From Paludibacteraceae bacterium (GTDB lineage Bacteria; Bacteroidota; Bacteroidia; Bacteroidales; Paludibacteraceae): 64,000 nucleotides of DNA. Position 1 is the first letter of the stretch. Every line of letters begins with the position of its first letter. Below the pieces are notes generated by a model. The model was not told the DNA's origin, made no database searches, and saw only the letters and a program-made list of their open reading frames with translations. This document shows positions 54,219-62,727 of this stretch, piece by piece. Position numbers and translations under genes: made by a program. The DNA is taken from NCBI GenBank assembly GCA_963662245.2, contig CAXXVQ010000010.1:4613-68612 (forward strand). Direction: 5' to 3'.

Positions 54219-54310
54219 TGGCAAATCATTATTCAGCAAAAATAGAAAAGTAGTGGCGAATCATCATTCGCCAAGTATAATCCGAAAAAGTGGCAAATAA
54301 TAATTTGCCA
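54219..54310. repeat. three copies of the 20-nt palindrome TGGCRAAT-N4-ATTYGCCA
   Basis: TGGCAAATCATTATTCAGCA (degenerate), TGGCGAATCATCATTCGCCA and TGGCAAATAATAATTTGCCA, with starts at 54219, 54253 and 54291. Confidence 0.8.
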
Positions 54311-54353
54311 TCAACAATAATTCAATCCACAATAATTCAAAAAATCAAAAGTT

Positions 54354-54662
54354 ATGAAAAAGCCAGATTATCACATTTTAGTGTGTAATTCATTCCGTAC
54401 AGCAGGTGAAGCACAAGGTGCTTGTAACAAAATGGGTGCTGCAGATTTCGTTCCTTATTTAATGGAAGAATGTGCTGACCGCGATCTTGATGTTACTGTT
54501 ACTATGACAGGATGTTTAAATGTATGTGCACAAGGACCAATTATGGTTGTACATCCAAACAACTTTTGGTATGGTGGTGTAAAAAGCACTGATATCATTG
54601 ATGAAATCCTTGATGCACTTGAAGAAGGTGAAGCTTGCGAAAAATATCTAATTGCAGACTAA
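54354..54662 (+). CDS. thioredoxin-like [2Fe-2S] ferredoxin
   Basis: Cys ligand pattern HILVCNS...GACNK...GCLNVCAQGP, 102 aa. Confidence 0.75.
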   Translation: MKKPDYHILVCNSFRTAGEAQGACNKMGAADFVPYLMEECADRDLDVTVTMTGCLNVCAQGPIMVVHPNNFWYGGVKSTDIIDEILDALEEGEACEKYLIAD

Positions 54663-54735
54663 AAATATTAGCAAATGAGAAAGTGAGATAATTAGTAAAT
54701 AAGAAACACATGCCTATTTATCTGTGATTGCATTT

Positions 54736-54775
54736 CTTAATCTGCTAATCTGCTAATAATCAAATTTGCTAATCA
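54736..54775 (+). repeat. 8-nt phased CTAAT spacer
   Basis: TTAATCTG CTAATCTG CTAATAAT CAAATTTG CTAATC, upstream of nifV. Confidence 0.8.
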
Positions 54776-54779
54776 AAAA

Positions 54780-55913
54780 ATGACTCGCAAACTCTACATA
54801 ATAGACACAACTCTACGAGATGGAGAACAAGCACCGGGAGTAGTTTTTAGCATTGAAGACAAGCTAAAGATTGCTACATTGCTTGACCAAGCTCGAGTGC
54901 CTGAAGTGGAGATTGGGACACCAGCAATGGGATTACAAGAACGCAGTGATATGCGTATCATTTGCAACCATAAGTTTAGATTTAAAACTTTAGCATGGTG
55001 CCGAGCTACGAGAGAAGATATTGATGCAGCCGAAGATACAGGTTGTGATGGTGTTAGTATCTCATTCCCAACATCTAAGATTCATTTAAAAGCCATGGGC
55101 AAAAATGAAAAATGGGTCTTAAATAATGTAAAACAAATTCTGTCTTATGCATTTGACCGCTTTTCATATATAGCGGTAGGAGCACAAGACGCTTCTAGAT
55201 CAGAGCTCTCTTTCTTGTTCGATTTTATAGAGCAAGCGCAAGTAGTAGGTGCGCGGCGGGTAAGGATTGCCGATACAGTCGGCATCCTGAACCCGTTTAC
55301 TACCACTTCTTTAATCCAAAATGTGCGCAAATACTGCCCCGATCTTCCTGTTGCTTTTCATGCTCATAATGACCTTGGTATGGCCGTAGCAAATACTATT
55401 GCTGCTTTTGAAGCTGGTGCTTATGCAGCGGATGTTACTGTTAATGGTATAGGTGAAAGAGCTGGTAATGCTGCTTTAGAAGAGCTAGTTATGGCTTTAG
55501 ATCTTAGTATGAAAAAGCCATGTGGAATTAAAACAGAACTTCTTAATAAATTATCACATACCGTTGCAGATTTGTCTGGCAGAAAATTACATGAAAGTAA
55601 ACCAATCTCTGGAGAATATGTACTTAGCCATAAATCTGGTATACACACGCGTAGTTTACTAAAAGACAGAAAATCGTATCAAATTATTGATGCAAAGAAA
55701 ATTGGTGCAAAAGAACAAGAATTCATATTTGGCAAACATAGTGGGAGAGGAACCATCAAAAACTTCTTTGAACGCAAAGGTGTCAACATTAGTGATGAGC
55801 AAATAGAATGGATTATTGATTATGTAAAGCAATATGCTACCATATTCAAAAGAGAAATAATTGACGAGGAACTTTTACGCATTTATCAATATTTGTGTAA
55901 AAATTCCAAGTAA
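54780..55913 (+). CDS. nifV: homocitrate synthase
   Basis: LRDGEQAPGV and HAHNDLGMAVANT blocks. It is 377 aa without a LeuA regulatory domain and sits in nif context. Confidence 0.8.
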   Translation: MTRKLYIIDTTLRDGEQAPGVVFSIEDKLKIATLLDQARVPEVEIGTPAMGLQERSDMRIICNHKFRFKTLAWCRATREDIDAAEDTGCDGVSISFPTSKIHLKAMGKNEKWVLNNVKQILSYAFDRFSYIAVGAQDASRSELSFLFDFIEQAQVVGARRVRIADTVGILNPFTTTSLIQNVRKYCPDLPVAFHAHNDLGMAVANTIAAFEAGAYAADVTVNGIGERAGNAALEELVMALDLSMKKPCGIKTELLNKLSHTVADLSGRKLHESKPISGEYVLSHKSGIHTRSLLKDRKSYQIIDAKKIGAKEQEFIFGKHSGRGTIKNFFERKGVNISDEQIEWIIDYVKQYATIFKREIIDEELLRIYQYLCKNSK

Positions 55914-55919
55914 AATATG

Positions 55920-56372
55920 TTAATATATATATTGAGGATTTTTATACAACTCTGTAGCTATTTCTTTAATTAATGATACAGGGATATCTCTTCCAATTTC
56001 TTTTATAATCTCTTCTATTGATTTACATACATGATATTCTTGAGGTAACATAAACTGATACTTCTCAAATAGCTTTGTGTATATATGATTATTGGCTGTT
56101 TCTGCTAACACATAAACTTTCCTGTCTGCTGTAATTTTATTTACATTATCTGCCATAAATTGAGCATAATCAGCAACCTCTGACACCAAACCATCAAGAA
56201 CCAATTCTTTACACAAACCGATAAGATCATAATTGGGGTTAAAATTCTTATCATTACCTTGTTTCTTCTTAAACTCTTTATAATACTCTAAGGTCAAACA
56301 ACCTGAACAGACTTCAATAACGACCTTATATTCATGCAATACTGCATAACCAACTTTTAAATTATTATACAT
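55920..56372 (-). CDS. hypothetical protein, paralog family A
   Basis: 150 aa. It shares layout and blocks (VIEV..G..., Y.F....N) with 56447-56896. Confidence 0.6.
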   Translation of the reverse strand: MYNNLKVGYAVLHEYKVVIEVCSGCLTLEYYKEFKKKQGNDKNFNPNYDLIGLCKELVLDGLVSEVADYAQFMADNVNKITADRKVYVLAETANNHIYTKLFEKYQFMLPQEYHVCKSIEEIIKEIGRDIPVSLIKEIATELYKNPQYIY

Positions 56373-56446
56373 GATTATCTATTCATTAACATTTGTGTAA
56401 AAATATAAAAAAAATGTAGAAAATTTATTTTCAAGGTGTTTATACT

Positions 56447-56896
56447 TTATTGCTGAATATTTAATAAGATTTTTTGAATCATCTGCTCAATTTCAGTTTT
56501 AAAATAGTGTTTATTTATATGCAAAATTCCTTTTTCAAGAGAATCTGTAAAGTATAAACCAAAATCAGATGATTTTAATTGCTTAAATAAACTAGAAATA
56601 TATGCAAATTGATTAGGCGTTTGAAAAACAGAAACAGCTATTTTATCTTTTGAACTAATAAAGTTATATTCTTTAAGGAAAAGAACATATTCACTTATTT
56701 CAGAGATCAATCCATTAAACTCCGAATCTATATGAACCGACAATATATCGTACTCCTTTGAATATTCGTTATCCCCAAGTTGTACCAGTTTAAATTGCTC
56801 CATTAATTTCAAGTTAATAGATCCTGTTATAACTTCAATTACCAGCCTCTCCTCTGGATACACATGATAACCATAGGTTTTATTTACAATATACAT
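56447..56896 (-). CDS. hypothetical protein, paralog family A
   Basis: 149 aa, a paralog of 55920-56372. Confidence 0.6.
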   Translation of the reverse strand: MYIVNKTYGYHVYPEERLVIEVITGSINLKLMEQFKLVQLGDNEYSKEYDILSVHIDSEFNGLISEISEYVLFLKEYNFISSKDKIAVSVFQTPNQFAYISSLFKQLKSSDFGLYFTDSLEKGILHINKHYFKTEIEQMIQKILLNIQQ

Positions 56897-57129
56897 TAGA
56901 TAATGTGTTAATTGTTAAATTGTAAAGCTAATAAGAAATATTAGTTCCTAGAAAAATAAAAAGTAGGATGTCGATTATATAAAATAGAAAGATAAGTAGA
57001 TAAGTTCGTACATGAAAAAGAAAAATCACACTTCTTAAGTAATGATATTTTAACATTTAAAAAAGAAATATAAAAAAACTTATAAGGAATAACAGATGCC
57101 TCACAATAAGAAGGTGTATAAAATACACT

Positions 57130-57600
57130 TTATGATACTAATTTATGCTCCACTTTTGCTTCTTCAATAATTCTTTTAAAAGAACTAGTTAACTCAGATT
57201 TTTCAATCCAATTTAAAGCACTTTTAAGACTCTTGAAAAACTTAATATCTAAATTTAGTTTAGATTGATTTGCCCGTAATATTGTAGAAAATAACTGACA
57301 ATAAGTAGGACTAAGAATTAAAGCTAATTTTCGGCCTTTACCTGGGATAGAGTTAAAGTAGTCAACAAAACGCGGAATTTCTATAAGAGATAATATAATA
57401 TCAGTATCTCTTAAGTCAGCTACCATATTATATTCTTCAGAGTATTCAGGATCTGCAATTAAGTAGTTATTATAGCTAATGAGATTCTGTAAAGTTACTT
57501 GTCCATCAATATCTTCAAATATTAGCTTGTCAAATTTGAAAATATTATAACTTGCATTCATCGTCATACTTTCGTCTGTAGTTAAGTAATGTTTTCTCAT
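57130..57600 (-). CDS. hypothetical protein, paralog family B
   Basis: 156 aa, aligning over its full length with 57821-58300 (MRKHYL, MNASY.IFK, ADPE, FVDYFNSIP, CQLFST, KSALNW/SW, EHKLVS/EHQLVS). Confidence 0.65.
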   Translation of the reverse strand: MRKHYLTTDESMTMNASYNIFKFDKLIFEDIDGQVTLQNLISYNNYLIADPEYSEEYNMVADLRDTDIILSLIEIPRFVDYFNSIPGKGRKLALILSPTYCQLFSTILRANQSKLNLDIKFFKSLKSALNWIEKSELTSSFKRIIEEAKVEHKLVS

Positions 57601-57820
57601 ATAATCTTGTGTTATTTAGTCAAATCTACTATCTATAACAAAGATTGTTTAAGAATGTTCGAAAATGTATTTTAAAACATAAATAGAAGGCTCTTCGCAA
57701 GCTGAAAATACAAGATAATTAACTTTAAGTAACTTAATTTCAATTATTTAAAATTACTTTTTTAAAAAAAACCTTAGTATAATTCTAAGGTATAGTTCTA
57801 TTTTTAAATAAAATATTAGA

Positions 57821-58300
57821 TTATGAAACAAGCTGATGCTCTGCTCTAGCTTCATTTAGAATTTCATTAAATGAACCTGATAATTCTGTTTTGCCTAGCC
57901 AACTTAATGCACTCTTTATGCTTTTACAAAACTTAACATCAATATTTAACTTAGACTTATTTGCAGCTAACATTGTTGAAAATAGCTGGCAAAATACGGG
58001 GCTAAATACACATACAATCTTTTTTCCTTTCTCTGCTGGGATGCTATTAAAGTAATCTACAAATTTGTTGACATCAGCAAATGAAAGAATAATCTCAGCA
58101 GCTCTTAAGTCCACTAATGCATCCTGACAATTCCGAAATTCTGGGTCTGCAAACTGATAACTATCATAATTCTTAATATTTTGTATAGTTATTTGACCAT
58201 CAAATATTTTAAAAATAAGATTTTCATCTTTAAATATTCGGTAACTAGCATTCATTATTTTGTCACCATCTACTGATAAATAGTGCTTTCTCATACGCAA
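57821..58300 (-). CDS. hypothetical protein, paralog family B
   Basis: 159 aa, a paralog of 57130-57600. Confidence 0.65.
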   Translation of the reverse strand: MRMRKHYLSVDGDKIMNASYRIFKDENLIFKIFDGQITIQNIKNYDSYQFADPEFRNCQDALVDLRAAEIILSFADVNKFVDYFNSIPAEKGKKIVCVFSPVFCQLFSTMLAANKSKLNIDVKFCKSIKSALSWLGKTELSGSFNEILNEARAEHQLVS

Positions 58301-58574
58301 AAAATTAAATCAAATTAGTTAAACCTGCTTTTCAATAATATAAACACTGAAAAGGTTTGATAAATTTCGAAAAAATATTTTACATAACAAAATAGAGGCT
58401 CTTCGCAGTCTAAAAATAGGCAGTTTTCACTACTATATATATCATCAAAACTTAAGGCAGAAACTTATTTATCAATCATTTAACAAAATTTGCACAAATG
58501 TTTTTTACAGATCGTTTTTTTATAAAAAACACTAATTTCAGGGGGAGAATTTGCAAAAATTCATCAAGACAAAA

Positions 58575-58600
58575 AAGGCCACCCAGAGTAGGGTAGCCTT
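58575..58600 (-). terminator. terminator of the carboxylase operon
   Basis: AAGGCCACCC / GGGTAGCCTT stem (one mismatch), with a T-run on the minus strand. Confidence 0.5.
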
Positions 58601-58620
58601 AAAAGTATAGAGAATATTGT

Positions 58621-60168
58621 TTACAATGGAATATTTCCGTGTTTCTTAGCCGGATTACTTCTAATTTTTGTTTGAGCCATATCTAAAGCTTGAATAATCT
58701 TGTAACGAGTTTGTTGTGGAAGAATAATTTCATCAACATAACCTAATTCAGCAGCACGATATGGATTAGAGAATTTAGCTTCATATTCAGCTAAAGCTTG
58801 TGCTTTTTCTTCTTCAGATTTATTACGATAAAGAATGTTTACAGCACCTGCAGCACCCATTACAGCAATTTCAGCACTAGGGTAGGCAAAGTTCACATCT
58901 GAACCAGTGTGTTTACTTGACATAACAATGTATGCACCACCGTATGCTTTACGAGTAATCACAGTTATTTTAGGCACAGTCGCTTCTACAAACGCATAAA
59001 CAATCTTAGCCCCATGACGAATAATACCATTATGCTCTTGATTAGTTCCCGGAAGGAATCCCGGTACATCTTCAAAAGTAATTAATGGAATATTAAAGCA
59101 GTCGCAGAAACGGATAAAACGAGCGGCCTTATCTGAAGCATCAATATCTAGAACTCCTGCAAGATATGCAGGTTGGTTTGCTACAACACCTACAGTTTTT
59201 CCACCCATACGAGCAAAACCAACTACAATATTTTGAGCAAATAATGGCATTACTTCAAAGAAATACTTGTCATCAACTACTTCTTCGATAAGTTCTTTAA
59301 TGTCATATGGTTTATTTGGATCAGCAGGAACGATGTCATTTAATTTTACATCTTCACGCATAATATCATCCATAGAAGGGACAACAGGAGAATCTTCCAT
59401 ATTGTTACTAGGCAAGAAGCTTAATAACTCACGCACCATCATAAGTGTATCTTCTTCAGTATCACCTAAGAAGTGAGCAACACCTGATTTTGAGTTATGT
59501 GTAACAGCTCCGCCAAGTTCCTCTTTAGTTACTTCCTCGTGAGTTACTGTTTTTACAACATCCGGTCCGGTAACAAACATGTGTCCTTTATCTTTTACCA
59601 TAAAGATAAAGTCAGTTAGAGCAGGAGAGTAACAAGCACCTCCGGCACATGGCCCAAGAATAACTGAGATCTGAGGAATTACTCCTGAAGAAATTGTGTT
59701 TTGGAAAAAGATATCTCCATATCCAGCCAAACTAGATACACCTTCTTGAATACGAGCACCACCTGAATCATTTAATGCAATAATAGGTGCACCCATTTTG
59801 ATAGCCATGCGTTGTAGCTTAATGATTTTGTTTGCGTTAGTACGGCTCAATGAACCACCAAACACTGTAAAATCATACGCATACACATAAATTAAGCGAC
59901 CATCTACTTTACCGTAACCACCAACAATACCGTCACCATCAATTTTGGTTCTTTCCATTCCAAAATTAGAACATTGGTGAACAACGAATTTATCAACTTC
60001 TACGAATGTACCTTTATCCAAAAGTACATCAATGCGTTCGCGAGCAGTTAACTTACCGGACTCGTGTTGTTTAGCTACTTTATCTGCACCACCGCCTAAT
60101 TCTGCGGCATTGCTTTTTTCAATAAATGCTTCTTGTATTTCGTTTCTATTTGCCATCTTTTTAATCAT
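58621..60168 (-). CDS. acyl-CoA carboxylase carboxyltransferase subunit (propionyl-CoA carboxylase beta / methylmalonyl-CoA carboxyltransferase type)
   Basis: 515 aa with the typical family sequence throughout (GKLTARERIDVLLD, GGARIQEG, ITRKAYGGAY). Confidence 0.85.
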   Translation of the reverse strand: MIKKMANRNEIQEAFIEKSNAAELGGGADKVAKQHESGKLTARERIDVLLDKGTFVEVDKFVVHQCSNFGMERTKIDGDGIVGGYGKVDGRLIYVYAYDFTVFGGSLSRTNANKIIKLQRMAIKMGAPIIALNDSGGARIQEGVSSLAGYGDIFFQNTISSGVIPQISVILGPCAGGACYSPALTDFIFMVKDKGHMFVTGPDVVKTVTHEEVTKEELGGAVTHNSKSGVAHFLGDTEEDTLMMVRELLSFLPSNNMEDSPVVPSMDDIMREDVKLNDIVPADPNKPYDIKELIEEVVDDKYFFEVMPLFAQNIVVGFARMGGKTVGVVANQPAYLAGVLDIDASDKAARFIRFCDCFNIPLITFEDVPGFLPGTNQEHNGIIRHGAKIVYAFVEATVPKITVITRKAYGGAYIVMSSKHTGSDVNFAYPSAEIAVMGAAGAVNILYRNKSEEEKAQALAEYEAKFSNPYRAAELGYVDEIILPQQTRYKIIQALDMAQTKIRSNPAKKHGNIPL

Positions 60169-60255
60169 TAGTTAATAGTAATTAGTAATCAGAAAACATC
60201 TAAAAGAAATAGCAACTACTAGTTACTAGTTGCTATTTACTGTTTACTAGTTAAT

Positions 60256-60759
60256 TTACTCAAGTGTTATAAGTGTTTGATCACCGTCAATTGTATCTCC
60301 GGCAACTACTAGTACTTTTTTAATGGTACAATCTTTTTTCACTTTGTAATCACTTTGCATTTTCATTGCCTCAATAATAATAACTGATTGTCCTGCTTCA
60401 ACTGCATCACCTTCATTTACCATTACCTTTACAACTTTACCCGGCATAGGAGAGAAGATGCGATCTTGTTGATCATCAGTATCATCTTTCTTGCGGTTAC
60501 GCATGTATTTTGCTTGTAAATCAACAATTTCTACAGGGAATGAATTAAACTGAGTATTTACAATATATGATTTGCCATTTTCACTTCTTTTAGTTTCAGC
60601 GTTATATGATTTGCCATTATGCAAAATAGAACAACGGCCTCTTTCAGCCATAACGACATCTAAATCATACTCTTTATTATCAATGCTGATAACCACTTTA
60701 TTGTCTTCCTTGCTGATTAATTCTACTTCAGCAATTCTGTCTCCAATATGTATTTCCAT
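60256..60759 (-). CDS. biotin carboxyl carrier protein (biotinyl domain)
   Basis: C-terminal SPMPGKVV...IEAMKMQS biotin attachment motif. Confidence 0.8.
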   Translation of the reverse strand: MEIHIGDRIAEVELISKEDNKVVISIDNKEYDLDVVMAERGRCSILHNGKSYNAETKRSENGKSYIVNTQFNSFPVEIVDLQAKYMRNRKKDDTDDQQDRIFSPMPGKVVKVMVNEGDAVEAGQSVIIIEAMKMQSDYKVKKDCTIKKVLVVAGDTIDGDQTLITLE

Positions 60760-60785
60760 TTTTTAGAACTATTAGTTGTTAGCTG

Positions 60786-60833
60786 TTAGTGCTTAGTATA
60801 TTAACTGCTAATCACTAATCGCTAAGCGTTAAT
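60786..60833. repeat. 7-nt phased TTAG / CTAA spacer forming an imperfect palindrome
   Basis: TGTTAGC TGTTAGT GCTTAGT ... CTAATCA CTAATCG CTAAGCG. The two halves are approximate reverse complements. Confidence 0.7.
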
Positions 60834-60835
60834 AT

Positions 60836-62350
60836 TTAAATGCGTAGCATGCTGTTTCGTTTTCCAAACTCTTTCCAACGACTAATAGGACGGCTCTCTT
60901 CATTCTTTGGAGAATTCTCTTCAAGATTTAGAATATAGTCCATATAAGCAGCAATAATTGCAATATCCTCATTTTCGTCCTTTGTACCTTGATAAGTAGT
61001 TTTCATCAAACGATCATTGTTTTTTTCAATGAAATGGGTATCGTATTTACCATTTACAAAATCTGGAGTATCCATGATTTTACGCAAATAGCTGATATTT
61101 GTTTTTACACCAGTAATTCTGTATTCAAATAACGCTCTACGCATACGCTCTAAAGCATATTCACGCGTAACTGCCCATATAATCAGTTTACCCATCATAG
61201 GGTCATAGTGCATAGGGATTTCATATCCGTTATAGATATATGTGTCAAGACGAGTACCAATTCCTTGAGGTGAAATTAAATGCTTAATTACCCCTGGGCT
61301 TGGCATAAAGTTATTCTCGCTATCCTCAGCACAAATACGGCATTCAATAGCATGTCCGTGCTGTACAATATATTCTTGCTTTAAGCGCAATGGTTCATTA
61401 TTAGCAATATTGATTTGCTCTTTTACTAAGTCTACACCTAATACTTCTTCAGTAATAGGATGCTCAACTTGTAACCGAGTATTCATTTCAAGGAAGTAGT
61501 AGTTAAGATTATCATCTACCAAGAACTCAATGGTTCCTGCACCTGAATAATTCACCGCTTGCGCAGCATTAATTGCTGCTTGTCCCATTTCTGCACGCAG
61601 GGCAGGTGTCATTAATGGAGAAGGGCTTTCTTCTACTATCTTTTGGTGACGGCGCTGAACTGAACATTCACGCTCACATAAGTGAATAATATTTCCATGA
61701 TTATCACCAAGTATCTGGAATTCGATATGGTGAGGTGATTCAATATATTTTTCAATGTAAACAATATCGTTTCCAAATGAAGACAATGCCTCTGATTTTG
61801 CAGTGTTGTATGCATCTTCAATTTCTTCTTCCTTACGGATAAGGCGCATACCTTTACCACCACCTCCGGCAGTTGCTTTAAGCATTACAGGTAAACCAAT
61901 AGATGCAATAACAGTTTTTACCTGATCCATGCTTTGTAGATCTTCTTGCGAACCTGGAACTACCGGAACTCCAGCAGCAATCATAGTTTCACGAGCCGAT
62001 ATCTTATCTCCCATAGAGATCATGGCCTCGGCAGATGGGCCTATAAAAATGATATTTTCTGCTTGACAGCGACGAACAAATTCCGCACTTTCAGATAAAA
62101 ACCCGTAACCGGGATGAATAGCATCAGCACCAAATTTCTTTGCAGCAGCAATAATGTTCTCAATAACCAGATAACTTTCTTTAGAAGGCGCAGGGCCTAT
62201 ACAAACCGCTTCATCAGCATAAAACACATGGCGTGAAGTACGGTCAGCTTCTGAATATACGGCAACTGTTTCAATGCCCATTTCTTTGCAAGAGCGCATT
62301 ACCCTGATGGCAATTTCGCCTCTATTTGCAACAAGAATTTTTTTTATCAT
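60836..62350 (-). CDS. accC: biotin carboxylase subunit
   Basis: KILVANRGEIA start and ATP-grasp blocks (GGGGKGMR, EMNTRLQVEHP), 504 aa. Confidence 0.9.
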   Translation of the reverse strand: MIKKILVANRGEIAIRVMRSCKEMGIETVAVYSEADRTSRHVFYADEAVCIGPAPSKESYLVIENIIAAAKKFGADAIHPGYGFLSESAEFVRRCQAENIIFIGPSAEAMISMGDKISARETMIAAGVPVVPGSQEDLQSMDQVKTVIASIGLPVMLKATAGGGGKGMRLIRKEEEIEDAYNTAKSEALSSFGNDIVYIEKYIESPHHIEFQILGDNHGNIIHLCERECSVQRRHQKIVEESPSPLMTPALRAEMGQAAINAAQAVNYSGAGTIEFLVDDNLNYYFLEMNTRLQVEHPITEEVLGVDLVKEQINIANNEPLRLKQEYIVQHGHAIECRICAEDSENNFMPSPGVIKHLISPQGIGTRLDTYIYNGYEIPMHYDPMMGKLIIWAVTREYALERMRRALFEYRITGVKTNISYLRKIMDTPDFVNGKYDTHFIEKNNDRLMKTTYQGTKDENEDIAIIAAYMDYILNLEENSPKNEESRPISRWKEFGKRNSMLRI

Positions 62351-62727
62351 ACATGATTAATTAGTTAAACATATGTCTACAAAAAAAGTAACGCTTTACT
62401 ACATTTTTGTAAGACTTTGCAAAAGTATACACAATAATGTGAGGTTGTTATCGTTTATTGAAAAAAACGCACAAAATTCCTAAAAGTGTGCAATATTTAT
62501 ATTTAGCTTTTAATGAATCTTTTCAAACAAGCTCGGTTTATAACTGAGCATCAAATAGACATACTGAGGCATTTGTATTGCACTTCGGTATTACTTGATT
62601 TAAGCAATCTTGTGCCATCAGATACTAAATAATGACACCATCCGAGTTGTATAATTCCATCAGAACTCATTTTATAATATTACTTATTTAATATCATCCC
62701 TGCCAAACAAGCATTTTTTTTGAATTG

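Noticed and set aside
52755-54775. Periodic short repeats (the CTAAT arrays and the 20-nt palindromes), considered as a CRISPR array.
   Set aside because: The repeat units are 5-20 nt with 3-18 nt between them, which is far too short for CRISPR repeats and spacers. No cas genes are present.
62351-62727. The 377-nt gap between accC and the sulfhydrylase gene, considered for a SAM riboswitch or small gene.
   Set aside because: The gap lies downstream of the sulfhydrylase gene, not in its leader. I saw only a weak hairpin and a 39-codon ORF without support.
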